From the NCBI RefSeq assembly GCF_006345805.1, contig NC_043014.1, forward strand, positions 27,280,001 to 27,344,000: 64,000 nt of DNA. The letters run 5' to 3'. Within the stretch, counting starts at the first letter, position 1, and every line of letters begins with the position of its first letter. The notes under the pieces are model-generated. The model saw only the letters and a program-made list of their open reading frames with translations. It was not told the origin of the DNA and made no database searches. The stretch is from Octopus sinensis. Its lineage: Eukaryota. Shown here one piece after another: positions 39,289-52,496 of the stretch. Made by a program: the position numbers and the translations under genes.

Positions 39289-39832
39289 AATGCCCTGTAG
39301 CTCTCATGGCTTCTGATCTTAACTGATTGGAAGCGATATCATGTACATTGTTATGGCTTGGTATAAAAGATGGGCTACAGCAAATATTCTGCTCAATACC
39401 ACAGATTTGCTTGTCAATTGTTTGACCTTAACCAGTTGATCATGTCCCTTAGTGGCTAATAATATGTGCATCTCTGACCACGAACAGCGGTAGTGGGGTA
39501 GCATCATAGCCGTGTGTTGAAAGGAATTCTTGGAGGTTTGGATAATTCACCTTTGGAAACATGGGTGTTTCGTTCAACATCCTTAAACAATCCTTTTCCA
39601 GGGACCTTTTGAGCGGGATAGGTTACTCGACTAAAAAAAAATTTTAACTAGGCCCCACCTGCAAGGTCATGCGTTGTTTATCTTGATATGAGATCAGCAT
39701 TTCGCGCGCATATGGTTGTGATGCATGTGCCTGGTGTACCTTTATCAGACGGGTAGTCATTATGGGTATACTGGGCTTCTTATATTTTACCCCAGTGTCA
39801 TTTTGATGGCATGCACTGCTCTCTCACTCAAT
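39289..39832 (+). repeat. Unclassified ~540-bp repeat (copy 2)
   Basis: Homologous to copy 1 and to 53306-55990; bounded by (GAT)n and (AAT)n. Confidence 0.85.
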
Positions 39833-39833
39833 G

Positions 39834-39893
<60 letters not shown>

Positions 39894-39894
39894 T

Positions 39895-41057
39895 GATAAT
39901 AGGTATCAACACTCTAGCCATCCCAGTTATAAGTTACAACTACAATATCTCTAACTGGACACTAAATGAACTATTCTAATAGACAGGAAAGCAAGAAAAA
40001 TAATGACAGGATTTAGGATGCACCACCAAAAATCTGACATAGAAAGGTTATATATATATACAACGTATAAAAAGTGGAAGAGCTAGAAAACTTTTACAAA
40101 ATTACCACCATAGGACTACAGAAATACCTACATCACAAGCAAGGAAAACTAATACAAACAGCCGCAAAACACGAACAAAACAAAAAAAAACTGTTTTCAG
40201 TCTTAAGGAAACTGACAAATACAAAAGAAGTCATAGTCCCTAACAACTCTGAAGAAAACGAAGAAACAACAAGAGTTGTAACACAAATGAAATCCAAACT
40301 AAAACTGGAACAACAACGGATGATGATAAAACGATGGCAAGAATAGCCCCTTCATGGCAAATACTGGGTTAAACTAAACACAAAAGAAATAGAGACAAAG
40401 CAAAATCCCAGCAATGGTTGAGAAGCTCAGAACTCAAAGCAGAGACGGAGGGATTTTTAATTGCAGCACAGAAGTAACTGCAGAATATGTGGAGATGGAC
40501 AAGAAGCAATAAATCATATTATCTCTGGCTGGAATAACAACAGAAAAGATGGTATAGGCACCCGCCAGAAAAGGTCACAGAAAATGAGAAAGCAACCATA
40601 CAATGGGATATGCCAATACACACAGATAAAGAAATTAAGGCCAATAGGCTGGATATAGTTGTCAGAAATCATCAAGAAAAAATGTTTTCTAATCGATGTA
40701 TCAATATCAACACATAGCAACGTTTCTCTAAAAGAAATAGAGAAACTTTCAAAATACAAAGACCTGGAAATAGAGGTAACTCGAATGTGGAATCTAAAAA
40801 CAGAAGCAATTTCTATCATAGTAGGCGCATTAGGTATGATAAAAAAAAGTATTCAGACAAATACATAACAAAAACAGCAGGACTAACAAATATATATAAC
40901 ATACAGAAAATAGCACTAATAGGCACCGCATACATCCTACGTAAAACACTTTCAATACAGTAACAAAAAGAGCATCACAACAAACCACAGCACATATCCA
41001 AGGCACACAGAGCTGCACTCGGTGGTGCAGAGAAAGCACGTGATAAGAATAAGGCTA

Positions 41058-41062
<5 letters not shown>
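39895..41062 (+). mobile_element. R4/Dong-like non-LTR fragment flanked by (TAA)n on both sides
   Basis: Same family as 32279-33470: CRICGDGQEAINHIISG, EIEKLSKYKDLEIEVTRMW and IIVGALG; ends GGCTACTGAATAATAAT. Confidence 0.85.
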
Positions 41063-41128
<66 letters not shown>

Positions 41129-41192
41129 CGACGACAACAACAACAATAACAATAATAGCTACAACAGCAACAACAACAACAACAACAACAAC

Positions 41193-41248
<56 letters not shown>

Positions 41249-41249
41249 G

Positions 41250-41812
41250 ACACCGAGAGCACTATACTGGCAGCGCAAAACCAAGCTTTGGCCACGAACG
41301 AGGAAGTGTCTCCGCTGTGCCGCATCTGTAATAGAGTGGATGAAACGATCAGGTAACGAAAGTTCTATATTGGAAACTGTGCAAAAAGTGGGGGCTAGAG
41401 AGAGGTAAGACGTGGTATGAGCATAAACTGCAGAGAATGACGGAGTCTGAGACTTGCAAAATCCTCTGGAATTTCCCAATCCAAACATCAGGTGCTAGAG
41501 CATAACAGTCCAGACCTAGTAGTGGTCGACAAGATTCACCACATGTACTATATAGATGATGTTGCATGCCCCATTGACCCACGAATATTCAAAAAGGAAG
41601 GCGAAAAATAGATAGATACAACCCTCTTAAGTAGAAAATAACCCGGCTATAGAAAATGAAGAAAGTGAAAATAGTACCAATTATTGTTGGGTCCTTGGGA
41701 ACAGTATCAGAAGGCATGAAGAAGAATATAAAGGAAATTGGAATAGAGTACCCAATAGAACTGCTACAAAAATTTGCCTCCTTGGCACGGCCAGAATAAT
41801 CAGGAAAGTATT
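41250..41812 (+). mobile_element. Second R4/Dong-like family, 3' fragment
   Basis: KCLRCAA.. CCHC remnant, RPDLVVVD and KIVPIIVGSLGTVS; begins directly after (TAA)n. Confidence 0.65.
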
Positions 41813-41858
41813 AGCTGCAAGGCTCCAGGAGTTCCAACAAAGCTTGTAATAAAAAGAA

Positions 41859-41895
<37 letters not shown>

Positions 41896-42194
41896 CAAAT
41901 TTTGGAACAAGACCAGCAAGTTCAGGGAAGGGGTTAAGTCGATTACATCGACTTCAGGGCTCAACTGGTACTTATTTTATCACCTCGAAAGGATGAAAGG
42001 CAAAGTCGACCTCAGCAGAATTTGAACTCAATGAAGATGGATACCTACAACCGTAGCTCCCCAAAATATGAAAAATTGATCAGTTAGCTAGCTGAAATTT
42101 ACCAGGAACCTGAGAGAAACAATGTTAAATGCACAAAAATCTGGTAGTAAAACATTTATTTGACACATTAATTTTGATTATCACATGGAAATAT

Positions 42195-42745
42195 TCTTTT
42201 CTATTCTAGGCACAAGGTCCAAAATTTTGGAGGAGCGGCCAGTCGACTAGATCGACCCCAGTACGCAACTGGTATTTAATCTATCGACCCCGAAAGGATG
42301 AAAGGCAAAGTTGACCTCGGCGGAATTTGAACTCAGAACGTAGACAGACAAAATACCTATTTCTTTACTACCCACAAGGGGCTAAACACAGAGAGGACAA
42401 ACAAGGACAGACAAAGGAATTAAGTCGATTACGTCGACCCCAGTGCGTAACTAGTACTTAATTTATCGACCCTGAAAAAATGAAAGGCAAAGTTGACCTC
42501 GGCGGAATTTGAACTCAGAACGTAGCGACAGACGAAATACCTATTTCTTTACTACCCACAAAGTGCTAAACACAGAGGAGATAAACAAGGGCAGACAAAG
42601 GAATTAAGTCGATTATATTGACCCCAGTGTGTAACTGGTACTTATTTAATCGACCCCGAAAGGATGAAAGGCAAAGTCGACCTCGGCGGAATTTGAACTC
42701 AGAACGTAACGGCAGACGAAATACCGCTAAGCATTTCGCCCGCGT
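42195..42745 (-). mobile_element. Three tandem copies of a ~180-bp segment of SINE family B
   Basis: ATCGACCCC..GAAAGGATGAAAGGCAAAGT(T/C)GACCTCGGCGGAATTTGAACTCAGAACGTA recurs at about 42280, 42465 and 42650; full-length homolog at 51310-51538. Confidence 0.8.
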
Positions 42746-43249
42746 GGAAATATTAATTGAAATAACATGTGCGTGATACCACATGAAATAACATGTGCGT
42801 GATACCACGTATGTAAACATGAAGTTTTCCTTTAATGGTGATAAAGAAAATGGTAGAGATAATAATGGGAGTAATAATGGTAACAATAATAATACGCAGT
42901 GTCTTCACTATAGTTTCCGTAAGTGACCAAGAAAGCGCTGCAGATGTCATATATATTTTTCATATATATCCAAAACATTTTCTTTTGTTACCCTAGAGGT
43001 AAAGGACTTGCATGGAGGAATGGCAAGGAATCAGTATAATGCAGAGGAGCCTTTATTAGAATAGGATATGACTGAGGAACAGAGGACCTAATGATAAGCC
43101 TCGAAGAAATAATCATTACAAGAACAGAGACCGAACTAGTGAATTTGTGATGCTTCGACCGTGACAGTGTGAAACGAGTGACCCAAAATGTTGATGGAAT
43201 CCTGAAGTATATTCCAACGAAAGATCTATCGGGAAAAAAAGGCTTGATT

Positions 43250-44500
43250 AAATCCGCTTCAAATTTGGTTGAACTGGTAGAAAAAAAAAAGGAAGTCATG
43301 CGGACAGAAGAAGCCTGGAAGCGAAAGTGATATTAAAACCTTGCGTAAAGACCTGAATTGCATAGAAGAATGGTCCAATGGGCAATGGAAACATTCTCAG
43401 GAAAATTTGAAGACATATTTTGAAACGAAATACCATATAAAAATAATGGGTTCAAAACTGTTATTGAAATCCTAAAACAACGTATTCAAGTAAATGCATT
43501 GAAAATGCATTTGACAGAATTGTGATATGTGTTCAGTGTAGCGTGCAACGTTACACTGAATGCATATCACAGTTCCATCAAAACAGACTACTCATAAATA
43601 ACGAGAGGCTGTTTTTAAGAGCATGGGTGGAGACACGAACAATATACCTCCTGAAGCAGAGTAAACCCGCCAGTTTTGGAATAACATCTACGAGCAAAAT
43701 GTTTCACACAGCCTCAGTGCTGAGTGGATCCGAACTCCAGCAGCCCGAGACTCCAAGGCAGGATCATGTATCCTTAACAACGGAATATATAATTGCACAG
43801 GTATCGAAACTACAAAGCCAGGTGGAATCTAAGGCTAGTGACTCGAGTGATTTGGGTCAATAGAGAACGAATTGGTTTGCAATTAGACAATTGCCTACAG
43901 AATGGTTGCGGTTCCGGAATGGATAATAGAGGGAAAGACAAAATTGTTGATGAAAGATCAGCCAAAGGGCAATGAAGTTGGCAATTTGCGACCCATTGCT
44001 TGTCTTAACCTCTTCTGCAAAGTGTTAACAGGCATCCTCGCAGGGAAAATATCTATACTTTCTTTACGGAAAACAATCTACTTCCAACATAACGAAAGAG
44101 AGGCCTAAATCCCACTTTCTGCAGTCCTACGCAAAGTCAACCCGCATTACGAGCTGAGGAAGAATAGACCTCGTCTCAACCACCTTCTCTTCGTGGATGA
44201 TTTAAAACTGTTCGCAAAAACAGAGACTGAAATGGAGAGGCTGGCTGAGACTACAGATGTGCAGAAAGGATATAGGAACAGAATTCTGGATCTTAAGGTG
44301 TAAAGTGCTCACTTTGAAACGAGAGAAAAGAGCAGAGTGCATGGGCACAATTGTCAAACAGAAATTGAATGAGATGATGGTGGGTACAAGTACCTTGTGT
44401 TTCTGAAATTGGAAATATCTTGCATACAGGAGTGCATCGACAGTGAATAAAGGAACTTGACACAGTATTTAGTAAACAGGGAACAAGATCAGCTACAATA
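43250..44500 (+). mobile_element. Degenerate R4/Dong-like RT fragment
   Basis: VPEWIIEGKTKLLMKDQPKGNEVGNLRPIACLNLFCKVLTGIL, followed by RLNHLLFVDDLKLFAK. Confidence 0.75.
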
Positions 44501-44747
44501 TGCTGCTAATGCAGAAGGGTTTTTGTATTAGAGCTAGGTGTGATAATGATATTCCGATCACGAATACCCAATGTTACTATCGTTACTATCTCACCTGTTT
44601 GATGCCTCTTTAAGATTTTACTTGAAGATAGCGGATTATATGTTGTGATGTAATCTATGAACACATGAACAAAATTCTACTGAAAGAGCTGTGGTAAATT
44701 TTAAACCCCATTTGTCTTCTTTATGTATATAGGCGCGGGCGTGGATG

Positions 44748-44779
<32 letters not shown>

Positions 44780-44959
44780 TTATGTATGTATGTTCTTTCT
44801 GTTTACATGTATGCATGTAAACAGAAAGAATGCAAAAACTGAAGATTTTTAGGTGATGAATATTCATGTATAAATTAATAAATATTTATATATTAATAGG
44901 TCGAGCTTACACAGAGTACAAACGACAGAGCAAATTAAAGGGAAAGCGATAAGGTGTTA

Positions 44960-46000
44960 CAAATCCGGTAACTGTTTCGGGGGCACGGAGACTCATCATA
45001 GGTTACAGTATACATATAATTTGTATATCAAACCCAAGATGTTATATTCAGTTTGTTTATCGGCATAATTACCTCCATATCTGCTCACTTGGATTCCTCT
45101 TATAACTACTCTTTACCCCGCGGAATTGGTCCATCGTAAAGAGAATGAAGTCCAAGTTCGAATCATTGAGCGTTAATAAGTGTTTTCTATTTACATGTTT
45201 TTATTGCTTTTTGTTACTTCGCTACCACATCTGCTTCCTGTGAGAAATTTTGTCATTTCGGCCGGAGCTAGATTTAGTTCTAACTTCCATATTATGTCTG
45301 CGATTTCTTGGATGTTTAACACTTGCATTGAAAAATCTGCAGCATAAACTGATTTCAGCTCGTATTTCAATGCATCTAAATTGTTTTTATAGACATTCAA
45401 AGATGAAAACGCTTCCTTCGAAAATTTTTATCGTAAACGTGAAAAAGCTTCGGATTCAACAATTCAACAAATTTGAACTCAAAGATATAAAACAACTATG
45501 CTTAAATCTTTGCTCAACGTGAACAATAACTTGATGCAAATTGTTGTTAAACAAAGTTCTTAAAACAGCTTCTGGTTCTTAATGTCAACCACGCTTCTCT
45601 GGTTGTTCAGCGACACCCTCCGGAAATCAATAGTAAATTTCTTCAAACTTGTTGTTCTTGATATTGTAGTGAGCCCTAGGATTTGGACCCTTTTCATTAA
45701 ATTATCAGTTCACTATCATTAGTGAGCCACAGTTAGGGCACGCGATCTTAAATTGAACACTCTTTTCCCCCCACCAATCGGTTTGTAGGAGATCAGATTA
45801 CCAGTTAGAACATTATCTCCTTGGATTCACACTTTTTTCTTCACTAAAGCAGTTTAGCGCTAGAAATCAACCAGAGTTCCCATGGCATTCGAAAAGAACA
45901 CAATTCGGCTCTCGTCAAGCAAATTAAGGACAAAACTTCAACAAGATTCGGCAGTCGCGCGTCTTGAAGATAATTAATGGCCGAGTAATCGCAGTTAAGT
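44960..46000 (-). mobile_element. Possible degenerate PLE fragment
   Basis: KGPNPRAHY resembles the PLE KGP.FR.P motif, and a decayed hammerhead-like motif lies downstream on the same strand (about 44965-45010). Confidence 0.3.
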
Positions 46001-46049
46001 CGATCCCTGTATCCTAGTCTCTCGACCAGTGAGAATTTGATAATTTATG

Positions 46050-47050
46050 TATGTATTCATGTTCCGCCTTTCCTTAAATAAATCTGATGTTGAATATTCA
46101 AGAGTTTTACTTCTGTTTGAAATATTTGCAGTCAGCCTAATCGATTAATACAACAATTACACCTACTACAACCATATCAACTACTTTTTTTTTTTTAATT
46201 CTCGCCCTCATGAATGCAACTCGAAATATCAAGTGAAATTTTTTTGAAGAATCGAAAACAGAATCTCTGAGCTATTCAATAAGTTTACAAAAATCCCCAA
46301 AATATTTAACCTGAAAATTTCCTTGGATTGCAATGATCTCTTTGTCTGTACAAATTCTGAAGCACTCCAATCCTCTGGATTTTCTAATGTGGTTGAAAAT
46401 ACCCTAGGAAACATAGGACAAAGTGGATGTTTGTCGAAATGAATGATTCCAACGTATCACAGGTAACTTGGGAAATCGCCTTCCAACAATTTCATCCAGC
46501 AAGTCAATTCAAACTGTTGACTTTGAGGAAAAAGTCGAAATTCTTTTTTAAAAATTGGAAGAAAATTCGACATTCACGAATACTTGAAGCTGATTGAGAG
46601 AGAACCAAATTAAGTGAATGTGCTATAACAATGTACAAGTTCTGTTAGTGATGAGGATTTTGTCTTTATTGACACTGCCGTATCCCAAATATCTTTCTCG
46701 AGGCTTTTCTTTCTCCTCAACAAATCGCAAAACGTAAGACGGTTGGGGTTTCATTCGAAAGTCTATTGTCTCATCACACATAACTGCAACAAAAGCTGGG
46801 GGGGGGGTTCAATTATTGGCTTAATTACACCTTCCATATAATTGAATGATTTCGTTTTGAATATCACTTTCAAGTAATATTCATTTTCAATATCGCTTGC
46901 AAGTCCAGGAAATGTGTTCTTATGCTGAGAAAATAAAAGACATGGGAAGCAGAAAAATTTGTTCAAAACGGAACATCCCGTCATTCGTTCATACTATTCA
47001 TGATACTTTGAATCAAAATAACGATGACATTCCATGCTTCCCACGTTGCT
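46050..47050 (-). pseudogene. hAT transposase remnant (TTF-type zinc finger plus catalytic fragments)
   Basis: WMTGCSVLNKFFCFPCLLF, VLRFVEEKEKPRERYLGY and LLDEIVGRRFPKLPVIRWN. Confidence 0.7.
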
Positions 47051-47235
47051 TTTGATTTTTATTTCAAGCTTTGGTTTATCTGTTCCGCCAATGATAATAT
47101 TCTTCTTGTTTCAACGGTCGGGAAGGTAGAGAGGAAACTGAACTAATTTGCCCTTTTGCCATCCCTGAGGTGAATGAAAGCGTGAAAAATATAAATGGGT
47201 TATGATCTTTTTAAATGAATCGATGTTTTCTGCTA

Positions 47236-48527
47236 CGAGGGACGATCAATAAGTAATGCCCCTGACCCATTTACAGTTGTTTGATCTAGCTGAAATTTTG
47301 CATGTAAAATCATTTCTATCTCTATAGATTCAGTGGCAAATTACAGCTCTGAACTAATTGTGGTTTCTGATTTACAGGTGTTTGAACTGAGTCAAGTGTG
47401 AAATGGAGCCTGTTGAGTGTCGAGCAGTGATCCGGTTTTTGTATTTGAAAGGACGCACACCACGGGAGACTTTTGATGAAATGAAAGTAACTTATGGTAA
47501 TGATGCGCCATCATATGACCTTGTAAAACGCTGGCATCGTGAATTCAAACATGGTCGGAACTCTGTGGAAACAGCTCCCAGATCTAGTCGCCCCCTTTCT
47601 GCCATTGATGAGGCATCTGTCCGTCAAGTTGAGGCTGCCATTTTGGAAGATCGACGCATAACTATTCGCCAAATAGCCTATGAGGTCAAGATTAGTACCG
47701 GGTCTGTGGAAACTATCTTTCATGACCATTTGCATATGCAAAAGGTGTCTGCCAGATGGATTCCCAGGCTGCTCACACCTTTCCAGAAGCAAGAACGCGT
47801 TGAGTGCTCGAGGATGAATTTGGAGATGTGCCAAGAAGATGAGTCAAAATGTTTCAAAAGACTGATTACACAGGATGAAACCTGGGTCCATCACTATGAT
47901 CTAGAGACCAAAGCCCAGTCAATGCAGTGGAAGCACTGTGACTCACCTCCTCCAAAGAAGGCAAGGGTGCAGCCCTCCGCTGGTAAGGTCATGCTCACAG
48001 TCTTCTGGGACCAGGAAGGAATAGTGATGACAGGTTTCCTGGCAAAGGGTACCACAATTACAGGAGCCTATTATGCTTCACTTTTGAGGAAATTAAGAGA
48101 AGCTATCAAAATCAAGAGGCGGAGCAAGATCAGCAAATGCATCCTCCTCCTGCAGGACAACGCTCCGGTCCACAACTCGCGTGTTGCCAGATCAGAAGCA
48201 CAGGCGTATGGCTATGAACTCCTCCCCCATCCCCCAACTCTCCTGACCTTGCACTCTCTGATTTTCACCTCTTCCCAACCATGAGGTTGTTTTTGAAAGG
48301 AAAGCGTTTCCCAGATGATACAGCCTTGATTTCTGAAGTCACGTCGTGGTTGGAGGACCAGGCTGGGGTCTTCTACAAAAACGGTCTCCAGAGCTGCACC
48401 AAACGATGGGAGAAATGCGTAACTCCGGGTGGTTCCTATGTAGAAAAAGACTAATATCTGTGCCAAGTTTCGTTGCTCTACTGCTATGAGAAGTGGGTCA
48501 GGGGCATTACTTATTGAACGCCCCTCA
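47236..48527 (+). mobile_element. mariner transposon (DD34D), 1292 bp, TA target duplication
   Basis: TIRs CGAGGGACGATCAATAAGTAATGCCCCTGACCCA and TGGGTCAGGGGCATTACTTATTGAACGCCCCTCA, with TA at 47234-35 and 48528-29. Confidence 0.95.
47403..48454 (+). pseudogene. mariner transposase with one frameshift (~48234)
   Basis: WIPRLL, TQDETW and LLQDNAPVH are present. Restoring one base gives HPPYSPDLALSDFHLFP...KRWEKCVTPGGSYVEKD*, with 34 residues between D2 and D3. Confidence 0.93.
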
Positions 48528-48745
48528 TAGCAAATAATTGTGGTACTACTTTACTTTTTTACGTAACCTTTTTTATTAAAAAAAGAGTAACTTTAAATAA
48601 TTAAAATTAAATTTTAAAGCATTGGTATGGATAAATGGATGAAAACTATACTTTTTAATCACAAAAAAAAACATGTCGGTTTAGTGAATTCGGGGCTTAA
48701 GAAGGTATCAAGAATATTCTCTCAAGGTTAAATCTATTTAAAAAG

Positions 48746-48874
48746 CAGGCATAACTGTATGGTAAGAAGTCTGCTTTCCAACCACATGCTTCCAGGTTCA
48801 GTCCCGCTGCTATAGCCTCGAGCCGACCAAATCCTTGTGAGTGGAATTGTTAGAGGGAAACTGAAACAAGTCCG

Positions 48875-48952
<78 letters not shown>

Positions 48953-49135
48953 TGTGTGTGTACGCTTGACGACCGGTTTGGTGTGTTTAAGTTCCTATTA
49001 ACCTAGCAGTTCGGCACGAGACCCCGAAAGAATAAGTACCAAGCTTTAGAAAAAGTCCTGGGGTCGATTCATTCGACTAAATGTTTTTCAATGTGGTGCC
49101 CCAGTATGACTGAAACAAGTAAAATAGAATAAATG
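48746..49135 (+). mobile_element. tRNA-derived SINE family A with internal (TG)n
   Basis: Head GCAGGCATAACTGTATGGTAAGAAG..GGTTCAGTCCC; the body matches 15505-15880. Confidence 0.75.
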
Positions 49136-49413
49136 AAATATGTACTCTTCGATAACGAATAATCATACGAAATAAACCAGAAACAGCAATAAAACAAACT
49201 TGCGAATTGACTAAATATCCGTTTCTCATCTAAATCTGTTTAACTGTGAAGGAGGCTAAAGCCTTTGAATAAGTAAGTTTTTTTTTTATCTCCTGAAAAG
49301 GACAGTAAAACATTAGCACTTAGATATATGTTGACAGCGTGTCTGCTGGCTTAACAGGACTTGAAAGCAAGCAGTAAAAGATCTGATTTCTCTTTCTTTC
49401 TTTCTCTCTCTCC

Positions 49414-49496
<83 letters not shown>

Positions 49497-50079
49497 TCAC
49501 GACCACTCATTCATTTGTTTTGTCATTTTTTTTAATGCTTCCTTCTCGAAAAGAATAATAGACGACGAAGAAAATAGCTCCACTGCTCTTACTACGAAAG
49601 TAAACAGAAATAATTTGCTTTTCTTTTCTTTTCTCTCTGTTGACCACTCGTTTGTTTTGTCTCTCGTTTTGACGCTCTCATCTCGAAAAGAATTATAGAA
49701 TCCAAAAAAAAAACCAATACCATTGCTCTTACTAACTATGACTGAAAAGAAGCAGAAAAAATTACTCTCCTTTTTCTATAAGAACTGGAAAGCAATTAAT
49801 TCATTGCTTTTCCTTCTTTTCTCGAGAAGCAAACTGGAGCTTTATCTATTTACACTTGTTATATAATATCGATTGTTAATGATTTTTACTAAGAAATGAA
49901 GCAATGAGAGGTGAAAAAAATGTCACGAGTACAATGGGGATAGTGAAAATTATCAACAATTAATTTTATATTACACAAAAATTATTTAGCCTAGAAAAAT
50001 AGTTAGGCGGGCAATGCATGCTTTGCATACATAGACCCTCCGACCCTGATGTATATGTTTGTGTGTGCGTGTGTGTGTG

Positions 50080-50125
<46 letters not shown>

Positions 50126-51039
50126 TGTGTAGGCATCTTTTATCTCATAATTCCTAAATTTCAAATTCCTACTTCTAATTCTGCCAAATATTGTGAGCAA
50201 AATTATCTCCCTTTTAATATATGTCCAAGAGGGAAGACATATATGTGTGCGTTTGCGTATGTCTGTGTCTCGATGTGTGTGTGTGTGTGTGTATGCGGGT
50301 GTGTATGTATATGTATAAATGTATATATGCATGTGTTTATATATGCATTCACACACACATACACACAGATACACACACACATACACACAGATACACACAC
50401 ACATTACGAGATACATATTAGAAAGTTGTGCATGAGCAAGAGAGAGAGGGTATTAAAAAAAGACTGAAGGTCAAGTTAAAACAGAGTTTGACGTAACAAA
50501 CCAAGAACATTTCAGTACCTTACATCAACACTTTCACTCAGTTGCTACTCCATCACAAATTTCAGTATTTCTATATTTCCCTTCTTGGCTCATCCCAGTT
50601 TTACCCCCAGGAGACTTTTACTTCATGGTTGCATCTGGGTCGCCATGCGAAATTTGGTAATGACATCGCAAACGTTATGCATAGCAAAGTATAAATAAAA
50701 TGCAGTTGACTTAAGAAATTCGTCTACTGTGTAGGTCGCTGATCAGAACTCCAATCGAATCACTGTGATTCGTTGGGCGGGAAAAGCAATACACTAAACG
50801 AGGAAAAATTTATGCTAATCTGCTTTGGAAAAAACGGATCTACATAAAGAAACACCCTTCATTCGGTAGAGCATCTCATGGACCGAATCACATTAGATAC
50901 TTTGTCCTCTCAACGATTAGCCGGAGATGATTTTTAAAATGAGAATATTTGAAATAAACTCGAATGCTCTCACAAACGAGAATACTAAAAATGAACCCGA
51001 TCGCTCTCAAAAATTAAGTTAAAAAATGAAAAAACATCC

Positions 51040-51600
51040 CAATGGTAGTCATGGAATGTGAAGGTGGGTGTGCGGACTGTGTTTGTAATGCTGTATGTGT
51101 GTCGTCAGCAGTAGGGACAGGGACAGTTTTCTCTATGAAGGCCTTTATTAGTCTTTCAACTGATTTAGTGTCTTTACGACCATTAAGGTCTATAGTGAAA
51201 AATTTATCCGTGCGTGTAAGAAAACGGAAAGGACCAGCATACGGTGTTGTTAAAGGAGGTTTAACAACATCGTTGCGCACAAAAACGGGAGTCCAAGAGT
51301 AAAGCTTCCTTATTTCTTTACTGCCCACAAAGGGCTACACACAGAGGGGACAAACGGATTAAGTCGATTATATCGACCCCAGTGCGTAACTGGTACTTAT
51401 TTAATCGACCCCGAAAGGATGAAAGGCAAAGTCGACCTCGGCGGAATTTGGACTCAGAACGTAGAGGCAGACGAAATACCGCTAAGCATTTCGCTCGGCG
51501 TGCTAACGTTTCTGCCAGCTCGCCGCCTTTACAGCGTAAAGAGTAAAGCTTCCGTCAAGGCAGAGCTAAAGATGGAATTGTCAAGTAGATAAGAGGTTTT
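51040..51600 (-). pseudogene. Ty3/gypsy integrase C-terminal (GPY/F) remnant, split by a SINE
   Basis: PVFVRNDVVKPPLTTPYAGPFRFLTRTDKFFTIDLNGRKDTKSVERL. Confidence 0.75.
51310..51538 (-). mobile_element. Full-length tRNA-derived SINE family B with 15-bp TSD
   Basis: The TSD AAGAGTAAAGCTTCC lies at 51295-51309 and 51539-51553; the head reads GGCGGCGAGCTGGCAGAAACGTTAGCACGCC. Confidence 0.88.
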
Positions 51601-51939
51601 AAACAGGAGTGATATATCCAAAATTGGTAAAACTAAAAATTGTCGAGGATAAATTAAATTATTATTGTTATTTAATTTCTGAACTGTTTTGCTGCCGTTT
51701 GTTTATGTAGTTTCATTTCTTTATTCATCAGTTTCTACTAAGATAGAGACGCGAGTAAAATTAATAATAGAGAAACGAAAATAAAACTTTAGAAACAGAA
51801 ACGCCGCCATAACTTACGTGGAAACCATGAGCGTGCTTTCAAGGGAGATAATCAGAGAAAGACTTGAAGATCAACGTAAGATCGTAATACTTCATGTAAA
51901 GTAAAGTAAATATAACAAATTATACAGAATCCTTGTCCA

Positions 51940-52097
51940 GTAACGGATCTATCCTAATATCTAATCAGTTCGTGCCAATCACGAGGCCAAACAACCATGA
52001 AAGTTTCATCCTAATACATCCAGCGAGATATCTTGTGATATCTTGTCCACAGACAAACAGACAAATATAACTCGCTAAGGCGGAGGTAATAATAATT
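51940..52097 (+). mobile_element. Possible Helentron/HINE-like non-autonomous element 3' end
   Basis: CATGAAAGTTTCATC..ACAGACAAACAGACAAA..TAAGGCGGAGGTAATAA resembles the ends of such elements (from recollection). Confidence 0.35.
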
Positions 52098-52402
52098 TCT
52101 AATCGATGTATCAATACCAACACATGACAACGTTTCTCTAAAAGAAATGGAGAAACTTTCAAAATATAAAGATCTGGGAATAGAGGTAACTCGAATGTGG
52201 AGTCTAAAACCAGAAACAATTCCTATCTTGTAGGCGCGTTAGGTATGAAAAAAAATATTCAGACAAACGCATAACAAAAACAGCAGGACTTACAAGTATA
52301 TATAACATACAGAAAACAGCACTACTAGGCACCGCGCACAACCCAGCACATAGATGCGCTCGGTAGTACAGTGAAAGCACGTGATACGAATAAGGCTACT
52401 GA
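52098..52402 (+). mobile_element. R4/Dong-like family 1, short 3' end, within (TAA)n
   Basis: Matches 40690-41062; ends GGCTACTGACTAATAAT. Confidence 0.85.
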
Positions 52403-52422
52403 CTAATAATAATAATGAATAC

Positions 52423-52496
<74 letters not shown>

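Noticed and set aside
42195-42745. CRISPR-like or regularly spaced repeat array
   Set aside because: Whole ~180-bp units are repeated with no unique spacers, and they match a dispersed SINE.
44960-45010. ATGATGA...GAAAC motif on minus
   Set aside because: Core C3/U4 is altered and stem II does not pair; too degenerate to call.
49500-49745. Diverged ~130-bp tandem duplication after (CT)n
   Set aside because: An ordinary local duplication with no further structure.
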